Positions 42,002-55,953 of a stretch of DNA of 64,000 nucleotides are shown one piece after another. Below the pieces are notes generated by a model, which saw only the letters and a list, made by a program, of their open reading frames with translations, ran no database searches and had not been told where the DNA came from. The position numbers were made by a program, and so were the translations under genes. The stretch's first letter is position 1. The number at the start of each line of letters is the position of its first letter. The stretch is from the human T2T-CHM13v2.0 reference genome, Homo sapiens, in the NCBI RefSeq assembly GCF_009914755.1, contig NC_060936.1, one strand, 5' to 3'.

Positions 42002-43871
42002 TTTTACATTTTTCGAGTGACACCCAACTTCTTTATCTTTCAGATCTCAATATTTTGTTTTATGAAAGAATCAAAGTAAGAAACCTAAGATATGAAAAAA
42101 CACTTATTTCCAAAGGAAGAGATCATCCTAGTTGTTCGAAGGCTTACATGCTTAATGCACTTTCTATTTGTTAATGAGACTTGTTCACATTATATAGCTT
42201 TCAATTAGTTGTTTTGAATTAATTTTTCATAGTCCATATAAAATTATAATATTACAAAAATAAAATCAACACGACTGAGGAGTCTGAAGGGCAGCGAGGT
42301 CACATATCCCAGCCTTGGTTTATTCAGAGATTGATTAACAGGCTGTGCCTTGGAGTTGGCTCATGTGCAAGAACTAAATCAATGTCATGGTTTTTCATGT
42401 TGAAATTTTAAGGCACCATGATGACTTTAATTATATATATTAAATTTATCAAATATTATAAACAGCACACTTTACTGTTTCTTTATAGAACATTGGTTGG
42501 CAGCTCTTTTCGAAAACCAGTCACCCATCAGAATTTTATTTACTACTTCTCCAAAGGATTTTCCAATATTCTTCCTACAGTTAAGTAAAGGCCATTTCTC
42601 TGGCATGTGTTTTCTAAAGTCCCTTAGCTTACTCAAATATTCTAAGAAAACAACAAAGATCCTGCTTCTCTAAGCAATACCAGACATAAAATTCCCCAAA
42701 GAGAAATAAATTGAGCATTTTATGCTGAACCAAGAATGTTCTCCTTCTCTCTCCTTTTTTATATGTTATGCAAAATGAGCCAAATGATGGGGATTAGGAA
42801 TGAGAAAAAGAAAATTAAGAAAGGAGTGAGACAAAAATCAAGGGTCTAGTATTATATCACCTAAAAATAAGATATGTGTCAGGCAGCAAGGAGGGAGATT
42901 ACAGAAACTAACTGAAGGCTGAAATAAAAATATGCATAGATTTGTTCTTGATTTCCTATGTATAGGAGGAAATTATGGTCCTCTGTGAGAAGACAGGTTA
43001 CGAAGTTCACAGAGACACGTAAATTCTTTGTTACAATCAATCCTACTTGTATTATGACTTTTGCCTTTTGTGAAACTTTATGTCCTTGTTTTTTTTCTCT
43101 GTTGGGCATTTAGAAATTTGTATCAAGATAAAGAAAAAATAGGTAACTCATTAAAAGCAAGAAATTCGTAGTGATTATTGCATGCTACATGAAAATAAAC
43201 AGCATTGTCTTATCAAACAAGCTGAATAAAGATTGTGAAAAATGTCTGTAGTAATACCTTTGCTCCAAGAATTTTAGTGCTAACTGCTGCAAGGAATACA
43301 AAATGGTGTAATACAGAGTGTACTCTCAAGGAACAAATTTATTTGAGGTGACGCAAAGTCATAAATAATGTAAATATTATATAATAAAAAGTAAAAAGCA
43401 GATTAGCAATAAGGAAAAGGCAGATTATATAGTGGATACATACTATGAGTGTATTCATTTATTCAACAACTATTTCCTGATTGTCAGTAAACCTAAAATC
43501 AGCTAGATTTTAGAGATCCAAAGATTATTGTGAATTGGACAATTTAGGAAATCTGAGTAAGAGGATTTCCTTTTAGTAAGTTTTTATGTACGTTTGAAGG
43601 GGATGTAGGAGAATATTCTTTCCTAAGTGGATGTAAATACGTTTGCTGAGTAAATGGTTATAAAGAAAATAATAAAGTCATCAAGTTTTCAGGATATAAT
43701 GATAAATACCTTTGTCTGTAATGCCAAGTACAAATACATTTCTGCTTAAATGATATAGAAGTGAGAATGCTAGAAAGGAGAGATTTTAATCATTATTCAA
43801 AATATTTGCTATTGGTGCTATGTGCAAAAAGAAACTTTACTCTTAAGCAAGTAGATGATGTAGTAAAAGAT

Positions 43872-44467
43872 TGTGCGTCACTTAGTACTCCTTTGACAAT
43901 AAGTGTCAGAGAACCCAGCTAAAGCTGACCAAGAAAAGAACAGGTTTGTATTGATACATACGACTGAAAAGTTCAGAAGTAAATATGGCTGTACGAATAC
44001 TCTGGAACACAGATGATTTAATCAGGAACTTGTTTTTATCCTTCTCTTGACTCTATTTTCTTCTCAGGCTCCATGACACTTTTTTTTTCAGTTTTAGGCT
44101 TATATCCTCAAAGCATTCAGTCCGGTAGAAAAGAGAGGGAAACTTTGGTTTGCTTCTGAGTAAAGTTACTGTGTTCTATGCTTGGAACTTCTAAGGTCAG
44201 AAGCTTATCTCTTAGCCAATCACTGGGGCTAAAACGATGGAATTACACAGATTTACCCGTAGTAGACTACAAACCTATCTTTCACCTCCTGTGAATAGAA
44301 GAATTCAGTAATTTAGTGTTATAACTGGATAAGCATAGAATCTATGTGCTCCCACATACATCCACATAGAATGAGAATGGAGGAAGTTTATTTCCCAGAG
44401 AATAATTGTTGTACTGGAAACAAGTGCAATGCAGAAGTTTTGTAAACCCACCCAAATATTTACTCCA
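43872..44467. mobile_element. Old MLT1 (J/K-like) LTR
   Basis: aagtgtcagagaacccagctaaagctg..gactgaaaagttcagaagt..ccaatcactggggct. Confidence 0.6.
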
Positions 44468-44709
44468 GGGTGTTGTATAATAGCACTATGCTGAAAGGGT
44501 TGGATGAAAGAACACTTGGAGAGAGAATGACCACGTACTATGGCTATAAATTGTGTGAATTTGAGCTATATACATAAACTGGAATGGAAAGGGTGATATT
44601 CATGTGCAAAATTTTTTGAAGAATGACCTGGTAGAGCTTGGTGATTGTCTATTAGCTTATCCAATAGTAGATGTTTTCATAGTTACACATATTAGGGCTA
44701 TACTATGGC

Positions 44710-44815
44710 CAGAGGTTCCTAAACTTTTGCAAGTTACAGCACTCTTAATTTTTCGGTTATTTTTGCATGGCACCCCTTCACCAAAATAAATAATTAAGAA
44801 ATACATTTAATAAAT
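44710..44815. mobile_element. One end of a hAT-Charlie-like element
   Basis: cagaggttcctaaactttt..cagcactctt..catggcacccct; no partner terminus found. Confidence 0.45.
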
Positions 44816-44821
44816 ATTGAC

Positions 44822-45908
44822 TACTCCAGTAGGCCCCTATTTTGGGTATCACAGCTATAGCTATTGACTTACAAAAATGTGTTATTACTTCCTAAGAAGG
44901 ATCAGAAAATGGAAAATAGATAAGGGCTTTGCAGCTATTAGTTCAGTAACATTACATATAAAAGACTACCACACCCATTCATGCAGATCTCGAGTAGGTG
45001 ATTTGGGTTTACCGTTTTGTCTAAATTTTTCCTCATGTGAGTTCTGGATAATGGACTCTGATTTAAAAAATGATAAAACTGATTTCACATATCAGTCATG
45101 TGTAGTTGGAGAAGAAATTGACTTGCTTTCTATATGTTAATTCTAGACCATTTTGCCCTCTTTGTAAAATGTGATTTGTTTTTGTATATGTTTAGTGATT
45201 TAATATGCTATTTATAATTTACTGTGAGTGATCAGAGAACAGCGTTTTTAAAAAATTGGTTTCTTTGGTGGGGAAGGAAGAGATGAAGATAGGAGGATGG
45301 GGGCTTTAATAGGCATCAGATGTTGAGGGGAAGGAGTACAGGGACTGATAGGCAGAAGTAGAAAAAGAATTTTCTGTAATAAATTTGGGTCACTTCTCAG
45401 TTTCCCAAGCATTAATCTTGATTATGATTGGATAAGGCAACAAAAGAAGTATCAGGAAAATAGGTAGGCATATGGAATGATATAGAGAGAACAAGTTGAA
45501 CTAACAAGCATTTTGGAATACTTTAAATGCCATTAGTGATTTGTTCTGATTATTTAGACATGGGTTAAATATACCTCATCAGTATATTTATGCCTTTTCT
45601 TAGTTTGATTCAGAGACTGTTACATAGAAGAAACATGTGTCATTAACAAAAATAAAAGTAGATGATTTGAAAGTCATTCCAGTATGAAAATAAATGATAT
45701 ATTGTCCCAGATTGATTTTGGTTTCTGACTCACTCTCCCAGAGAGTTCTCTGTAAACTTTCTGTAACATGAAACACAGAAAACTGAGTTATATGAATATT
45801 TATCTAGATAATCTTTCCTCTAAGACAATAGGAACTAGTACTTTCAGAGGAAATAATCTCATCTGGACCTCTTTCTCCTGTTGCCCATCTCTCAGGATCT
45901 ATGCCATG
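44822..45908 (-). repeat. Right arm of ~1.09 kb inverted repeat (Alu-free)
   Basis: Reverse-complement match to 40576-42001; empty Alu site tttttaaaaaattggtttctt near 45245-45265. Confidence 0.97.
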
Positions 45909-46319
45909 CCTAATCATATGATAGAGCTGAAAATAGTAGTCCATCTTCACTAAGCCCACCTGGTGTACCTTCTAAGCTTAACATGAGTATCAATATTCAT
46001 GCATACATAGTCTCCTATTGTAATGCTTTGAATTTAACATATTTCATATTTAGTATAAGTAAAATAGTTTATAATAGCAAAGACCTTTTAAAATTATTTT
46101 TTTTCTTACTTGCTTTGCACATATGAAGCTTTGATTTTTACATTTTAGCTTCTTTGTGGTTTTATTATCTGAACTGTACATTTGACTCATTTGAGCAAAT
46201 CTCCTTACAAGCTAGAATATTTAAGATGCATCTGATCGTCTTTCAGTAATTATTCCAGAATATTTATTCATCACTGACTCTATGTCTTGCACAATATATA
46301 TGCTTTTAATTAGGCCATG

Positions 46320-46460
46320 TGTTACAATCACCTGAAGATTTCCTCAAGCCTAAATTTTAATCAAGCCTGACTCCAAACAGAATAACTAGAGTTTTGAACC
46401 AGGGGAGGGGTATGTTTTTAGATTCCCAGGTGATCCTAATTTGCATTCATGGTTGAGAAT
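46320..46460. mobile_element. MER5-like hAT MITE (another at ~38305-38430)
   Basis: aatcacctgaag..ttcccaggtgatcctaatttgcattcatggttgagaa. Confidence 0.6.
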
Positions 46461-47599
46461 GATCTAATTCAAGCAATGCTTTTTTAAGTTAAATGTATTC
46501 TTCAGCTATTTGTTGACTATTTCTGGTATTGAGAAAAATGAGGATGATATAGTCATGGTGTCTGTTCTTTTTCAGTCCACATTCTTGACAATTAAAAATA
46601 TTATGAAAGTCATACAACTGTGACAGAGAAATGCAAATGTATTTCTCCAAACTTAAAGCACAAGCGTCATAATATTTCAAAGGAAACAAGAAAATTCTAG
46701 TGATTTTTGAATTGATACTCCTTTTCTCCCTTTCCAGCTGCCTGCTACCTAGTTCACATGGTTTAGTCACAGGATAAGAGAAAAGTTTTCAAGCATTTTC
46801 TACAGATGTGAATGTTTGATATAAAAAAAAGACACTCTGGTTTAAAGAATGTTGCTAGGAAACACAGTTTGAAGATGAACTCCCCTACAGAGCTGTCTTC
46901 CATCCTGTAATAAGAAAGTGTGGTGGTAGCATGTCCTCATTTAAAAGCAAAAAAATAATCTATTAACTGTGTATCCAGAGGGAACTTGTTACAGGCTTAT
47001 TTAAAACTTATTTGGAAATAGTTTTGGTTTATTATATGCACCACAACTTCCAGGAATTCTTTTGTTTTTTAATTGGTGCAAGGATAAAGTTGTAAGCATA
47101 TAATATTTTGTCCAAATAATCACTATAAGAGAAATGCGCTTAAATACAATAATGAACTCATGTTAATTTTTGCTTTAATAGTAATTTCTATTAAAGTAAT
47201 ATATCCTTTATCATAGGAAAATGTGGATATACAAAAAATATGCTAAGATAATAAGGACTGCCCATAATGCCACCTAAGAGAAATAATCATGCTTTGGTGT
47301 TATTTATGTTTTATTTCTTCTAAATACTCAAGGCATGTTGGCTAATTGTTGTTATAGGTTTGTTCTGACACACTGCCATTTAGCAAGTAAAATAGTTTAA
47401 TCCACTTATATTTATTATAATTTCTTATGTACCTTGATGTATTTCTAAAATCTTATTTTATGTTCTTTTAATTACCCATTTTTTTCTTTTTCCTTATTTT
47501 CTGCCTTCTATTTGATTAGTTTATGTACCATGTATTATTGAGGTCATAATATCTAATATTTAGCCCTGCATTTTCATATAATCCAGTATAAGCTTTTCC

Positions 47600-49640
47600 T
47601 GATTCTGATTATTATAAAGCACTTGAAAGTGTAATTTTAAGGCTTCCCTAATATTTTTATCATATTGCTCTATTATATGTAAACACATCAAATTATTTAA
47701 TCAGAATAGATTTCTCTATGAGGAATCACTGTATCAAAGTATCTGAATACTTTTAAGATACTTGATGCATATTACTAAATTATTTCCTGAAAATGTTGTC
47801 TTAGTTACTACTTCTTGTAGCAGTATAGGAAAATATTAATCATTGCATCCACATAAACATCGAGTATTGTTAATTTTAATGCTGTGCAAATTTTATCAAA
47901 TAAAATATATATACAGCATTAAGTTGCATTTTTTATTCATATGTCATACATGTATGTTCATTCATGTAAGTTTAGCATGTTCTTTATTCATTAGTCTATT
48001 AGTATTATAATAGTCTTTCATATATTAACTGCTGTGAGTTCCTTATAGCTATGTCTGTAATCTTTTTGAAGTTTTTTCCCAATTTACATTTTGCCCTTAA
48101 AATTCATTCATAACTTTTATATATACAACTTAAATTTTTTCCTTTGTATTTTCTTATATTCAGGGAGTTGGTGTATTTATTTCCTTTTTAAGTTTCTGTA
48201 AGTTAATTTGATTTTTATATTTTGACTTTTAATTCATCTGAGTTTTTGTTGATATATGAAGTGAGATTAGAATGCTTATTGATTTTTTTCTAGCTATTTA
48301 GTTGCCTCAGTGCCCTTTATTGAGTCGTATTTCATATCTTTACCTGTTAGCACTTTCACAAATAGAGGATGCAAGCAATATAAATGTAAGCCTGGTTTAA
48401 ATCTTAATTCCACCACTTACTAGTACCAGAAACACCACAATCCTGGGCAAATTGCTTAACCTACATGACTCAGGTGTTTCATCCCTAAAATGGACACAAA
48501 GAAGAACCTATATGAAGGTTTTTGTGAGGGGTGAGATAATACATGTAAGGTGTCTGGCACACAATAAATGCTCAGAAAATGTTAGTTCTTATAGAATCTG
48601 TTTGTTCTGTAAAGAACACCATTTTTTATGAAGTTTTTATTATGATTTTCAATTGGTGGGATTATAGTTATTTTATTAGCCTTGAGAAACAATTTGGTAG
48701 AGTACTTAAGCACATGGACTCTAGAGCTAAACTGCTTGGTTGTGAATCCCAACATGCCTACTAGTTAACTGTGTGACCTTAGCTACTTCACATCTTTGTG
48801 TCTCAATTTCTCTATCTGTAAAATTGAGATATTCATAGCATTTACCATAGAGATTTTCTGTGAGAACTCCAATGAGAATTAAATGTATTTACAGTGGTTA
48901 GTAGTAAGTGCTATGTATGCATTAGCTATAATTTGTTCCAAAATAGTCTTAATGTCCTTTTCAAACATTTTTCTTCTCTAATAAATTTGAGACTTATTCT
49001 TTCAAGTTTAGAGAAATCCCATTTGTGCTTTGATTGAAAGTATGTCATTTTGGAAAACTTTAAGAATATTGAGTCTTGTTATCAGGAGCTGGTATAGTTT
49101 TCCAATTTGTCAATGCTTCTTTTAAGTCTATCAATAAATATTTATAGCTTTTCATTTCTTGTACTGATTATTAAAAGTATTTCTAGGTCATCAATCGTGT
49201 GTTTGTTAATACTGCAGGCTGAGGCTTCACCTTTCTTATTTCTAAGTAGACATTGTTAGTACAAAAGAAAACTATAGTTTAGTTTATATTTATCTTCTGC
49301 TTAGTCACTTTGCTGAACTCTTAATGTTCATATTTTATTTAAATCAATTTTCTTTGATATCCTGGTCTATAATCATACCGTATGCAAAATAATAGTTCTG
49401 CATCCTCTTTTTTGATTGTTGTAAATACAATTTTTGCTTCATTTTGAACTATATTTGCCTAAGCTCCAAAACAGTGCTAAATTCTGTGTTTCCAGTATGG
49501 TAGAAGACACTGGGATAAAAAACAGACCAGACAGCGATGGGCCCTGTCTTCACAGTGTTTTAAATCTATTCCCATGGACTTAACATAATATTGATCTATC
49601 AAATCCTGTGTGTTGGTTTGCATTATTTAGGGGAGATGTT
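47600..49640 (-). mobile_element. Highly degraded L1M fragments with two MIRs (+) at ~48380-48590 and ~48690-48930
   Basis: L1-like ttgatgcatattactaaatt, atattgagtctt, cactttgctgaactc; MIR cores ctcaggtgtttcatccctaaaatgg and tctcaatttctctatctgtaaaat. Confidence 0.6.
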
Positions 49641-49641
49641 A

Positions 49642-51211
<1,570 letters not shown>

Positions 51212-51929
51212 ACAATGAGAACACGTGGACACAGGAAGGGGAACATCACACTCTGGGGACTGTTGTGGGGTGGGGGGAGGGAGGAGGGATAGCATTAGGA
51301 GATATACCTAATGCTAAATGACGAGTTAATGGGTGCAGTACACCAACATGGCACATGTATACATATGTAACAAACCTGCACATTGTGCACATGTACCCTG
51401 AAACTTAAAGTATAATAATAATAATAAAGAGTCTTTTATCCTAATTTATAGTGATAAATCAGTCTTATTAATAACCCGATTAATTTTTGTGATGATTTAT
51501 ATGTTCTTATTCACTGTTACGGACTTTTTAAAATTTCAAAATAACTGTGATAGTGTTACCCATTTCCTTATACGTGTACAGTATATATATTTCTAATTAC
51601 CCATATTCTCAAAAAACAATAACTAATTTTTCATAGAGAAATGTTAAAATATGTCGAAAATAAAAAGACTTTAGGTACATTAATTTACATTTTTAAGAGA
51701 CTTATTTTGAGTTTTCAAAAGTAGTACTGGAAACATAATTCAGTCTGTAATCATGGCTTGGTCACCTATGGTTTCTGTAAACATAAATATAAATACAGAT
51801 ATGGTTTACAATCTTAACTTGTTTTAGACTCCCGATTACAACGTAAAGAAATGTGATTAACAACAACAACAAAAAAAGGAAGTATATAGAATTTGGTTTT
51901 CTTTTGCCAGGAATTAATCTTTTTGTGGA

Positions 51930-52420
51930 CTGCAGAAATACTGGGGAAAGATAGCTGATTGGTAGGAAAGACAGCAAGGTGTTTACTGGGCCTGATAGAG
52001 AGACTACGGGCCCATTTTATCAGTTTAATAAACAGAGTTAAGAGTCTAACAAGCTGGGTGGCTTTCCACAAACAAAACAAGTTTGAGAGTTGCAGCAAAA
52101 GGAAGAGATCCTTTCCCCTGATTTAGCATCTAGGAGACAACCATTCAAAGGAGGGATACTCATGTAAAGAACACAGCCTTGCTTCCCCTCCTGCCACTCG
52201 GTTCACTCCACAGCGTCTTGCCAGTGGGCGTTCAGGCCTGTGCCAGGGATGCGCTCCATGGAGCCAGTCAGCAGAAATCTCTTGAAAGTATTTTGACTGA
52301 AGCTGTAAAAAGTTGAACCATTTGAAAATTCCTTCCCAGGTTATTCTCTGTAAGGGTTAAACCTGCTGCCTTGGGAAATTCACTTCCTATCTGTATACCT
52401 GTATTTATAGTGGGAGGGAG
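51930..52420. promoter_or_regulatory. Candidate enhancer or alternative promoter
   Basis: Non-repeat, locally GC-richer with several retained CpGs; motifs tgtttac and acaaaca (FOX-like), gattgg (CCAAT), gggaaattcac (NF-kB-like). Confidence 0.3.
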
Positions 52421-53429
52421 ATTCTTTAATAGGTTGGTGAGAAGTAGCTGGGCCTATAATTAAAATCACTGCTCTTTATTAACTAGATTTTAGCCATAAT
52501 GTTGAGTGGAAAAAACAAAGATGGGGGATGTGATAAGTGATTAGAAAGAAAACAAAACAAAATTGTTAAGAGTCAAATATAGTGGTCCAGTTTGAATGGA
52601 ATTGAAGGAAAGAAAAGGGGCAATTGGAATGTCATTGCTTCTCTTTTCAGTCTCTTCAATTTATCCCTTTACATATTCTGTACAAATACTAAGCAATTTT
52701 TTTAGATAAGTGGCATAGTTATAACTCTCAAAACAATTTGCTAATTTATACGTTCAGGAATTTAAAAACTGTTTACTAAGCATTTCCCATGTGATAGGTG
52801 TTGTGGTAGGTTCTCGGGTTTTTGAAGCCCCAAATCAATGGGAGAGTCAGACACTGAGAATTATTTAATCATAAAATGTAATACTCATCCTTAAAGAAGG
52901 GCAGAAATGGTATAAATCTCAATGTATTATTATGAGTATTAAAAAAAGATAATTCACATAAAGAACTGGCAGTGATCGTGGCAGTTTACCTATCATATGT
53001 ACTCCAGTGATGAGAAGAATCATGAAGACGAGCATTATGCTGAGGATGAAGATGTTAGGGGACAGGTACTGCCATTTATTATCATTGGCAAGCTGCTTGA
53101 CTTCTCTAAACCTCATTTCTCGATGTGTTAGTTGGAGTCAATAATAGTTACCTACACGTAATTTTGAAGATTAAAGGTATTTGTGAACCACCGGTATTTG
53201 AAACAGTGGGTGTTCTATAATTGAGTTATTTCCTTTACTAGACTCCTATCCATGCGATATTAATCTCTAATACTATATGGATATTATCAATAAAAAAGAA
53301 ATACAGATACATGAGTGGTATATTCTGAGAATAACATTAGATATGGACTATCTCTAAGGTCATTTTTAAACAGAGCGAATATCACCTTTCCTGTGACTCC
53401 CCACTGTACTTTATTTCTCCTTATAATTT

Positions 53430-55257
53430 TGTTATTTTTTAATAGACTTTAAGAGTTTTAGGTTTACAGCAAAGTTGAGCAGAAATAACAGCGAGTTCTC
53501 ATATACCCCTTGTCTCCTCACACATAGCCTCCCCCACTGTCAACATCCCGCACCAAAGTGGTACAGTTGTTAAAATCGATGAACCCGCACTGATACATTA
53601 TTATCAACTGAAGTCCTTAGTTTACATTAGGGTTACTCTTGCTGTTGTACATCCTATGGATTTGCATGAATTTATAATGATAGTATCATACAGAATAGTT
53701 TCACTGCCCTAAAAATCTTCTGTGCCACTGCATTCCAGCTCTGTGATCTCCCTATTCATTTCTCCCTCCTTGCTAACCCCTAGGAAACACTGATTATTTT
53801 ACTGTCTCTGTGGTGTTGCCTTTTCCAGAATGTCATATAGTTGAAATCATACAGTATATAGTCTTTTCATATTGAATTCTTTCACTTAGTAATATGCATT
53901 TAAGTTTCCTTAATATATTCTCCTGGCTTGACAGCTCATTTCTTTTTAGTGCTAAATAATACTCCATGGCCTCGTTGTACCACAGGTTATTTATTGATTC
54001 CTCTACTAAAGGATGGGTTTCAATTTTTGGCAATTATTAACTAAGGTGCTATAAACATCCTTGTGCCAGTTTTTGTACTGACATACATTTTCAACTTCTT
54101 TGTGTAAATACTAAGGAGTGTGATTGCTGGATCATATGGTAAGAATATGTTTAACTCTGTTAGAAACTGCCAAACTGTCTTCCCAAGTGGCTGAACCATT
54201 TTGCATTTCTACCAGTAGTAAACGAGAGTTCCTGTTCTTCCACATCAAATGCTAGTGAGGATATGGAACAGCAGGAACCAACAACATTTGGTGTTAGATT
54301 TTTGCCATTTGAATTGGTATGTAGTGATATCTTTTTATCATTTTAATGTGCAATTTCCTGATGATATATGATGTTGAGCATCTCTTCATATATTGATTTG
54401 CCATTTGTTTATCTTCTTTGGTGAGATGTCTCTTCAGGAATTTTGACCGTTTTCTAGTTGAGTTGTTTGTATTCCTATTTTTAAGTTTTAAGAATTTTTG
54501 CATATTTTGGATAACACTCCTTTATCAGATGTTTTCACAAATATTTGTCCCTGCCTATGGCTTGTCTTCTCCTTCTCTTGACCGTGTCTTTTGCAGAGCA
54601 GGAATTTTAAATTTTAATGAAGTCCTGCTTTGCAATTCTGGTTTTCATGGATTCTGCCTTTATTGCTATATCAAAGAAGTTTGGATTCTGCCCCTATTGC
54701 TATACCAAAGAAGTTATTTCCATACCTACTTTCTCCTAGGTTACCTTGTAGGAGTTTTATAGTTTTGCATTTTAAATTTAGGTCCCTGACTCATTTTGAG
54801 TTAGTTTTTGTGAAGAGTGTAAGGTACGTAGCTAAATTTTTTTTGTTGTTGCGCATGGATGTCCAGTTATTTTAACACAATTTGTTGAAATGACTGTTTC
54901 TTAATTAAATTGCCTTTGTTTCTTTGTCAAAAGTCAGTTGATTATCTTTATATGATTCTATATTTGAACTCTCTATTCTGTTCCATTGATCTATGTATCT
55001 GTATTTTTCACCAGTACCACAGTATCTTGGTGACCATAGCTTTATAGTCTTTATGGCTTTAAGTCTTGAGGTTGGACAGTGTCCGTCCTCCAGCTTTGCT
55101 CTTTTTCTTCAATATTTTGTTGACTATTCTGCTTCTCTATGTAAACCTTAGAATCACTGTCAATGTAAACAAAATAACTTGCTGCAGCTTTGATTGGAAT
55201 TGTATTGAATCTGTAGATCAAGCTGGGCAGAACTGATATCTTGACAATTTTGAATTT
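53430..55257 (-). mobile_element. L1MB1-2/L1MC1-like 3' 1.8 kb
   Basis: ttttaggtttacagcaaagttgagcagaaa..aatcgatgaacc..cagaatagtttcactgccctaaaaatc; ORF2-like KRHLTKEDKQMANQYMKRCSTS. Confidence 0.9.
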
Positions 55258-55929
55258 CCCTCACTATGTTTTTATCTTTGTGTTTTACCTAAATATTTGT
55301 TCAAGGAAAGAATAATTTGAACTTTTCCATACTAGAGCCCTGTCTAAAACGTTTACCCTCTTTGCTATCCTTAGTTTTGGTCAAATAACTAGTTGGCTGT
55401 GAAGGCTGAGCAAAGATCTACCACTAAGAATTTGTATTGTGAGCCTGTCTGAAGGTGAATGATGTATAGATTGGATGCGAATAGCAAAAAGTGGTAAGAA
55501 AGACATAGCTACAGTGGAAATGAGCTTCTCTCAGGGTCTAAAATCTGTTACTCTGCATACTCCTTAAAGTGTTGCTCTCAATGGATTTTGTTTGTTTGTT
55601 TGTTTCGTAAAATAATATGTGTATTCCAGATGAATCCAGGAAGTTTCTCATTCTAAGAAAAACACTAAATCCCAGCCACATTAGAATTTTTCCATGAGAG
55701 GCTGTATTAGGTTACTGACTCCTATTAAAATAAAAATATTAATTACAGAAAACAAAATGGAATCATTCCCAAAGAAGGAGACACAACAAGAAGAGATGAA
55801 AAACCATAGCCAAACAATCATTATTACTGGCATATCAGAAATAGTACCTGACTTAGTTAAGATATTGTGCTTCGACAGGAATGCTAATCATGTTTCAGGA
55901 CATAACTTGTCCAAAAACTATATACTCAC

Positions 55930-55953
55930 AGCTTCCGGAAGGGAAGTCCACTT
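55930..55953 (-). other. Candidate 24-nt microexon
   Basis: Minus strand: aatctcttgcccttgcag|AAGTGGACTTCCCTTCCGGAAGCT|gtgagt. Confidence 0.25.

Noticed and set aside
40576-45908. Interpretation as one DNA transposon with 1-kb TIRs
   Set aside because: No TSD, no sharp outer termini and no transposase remnant in the loop; not fully excluded without a Dfam search.
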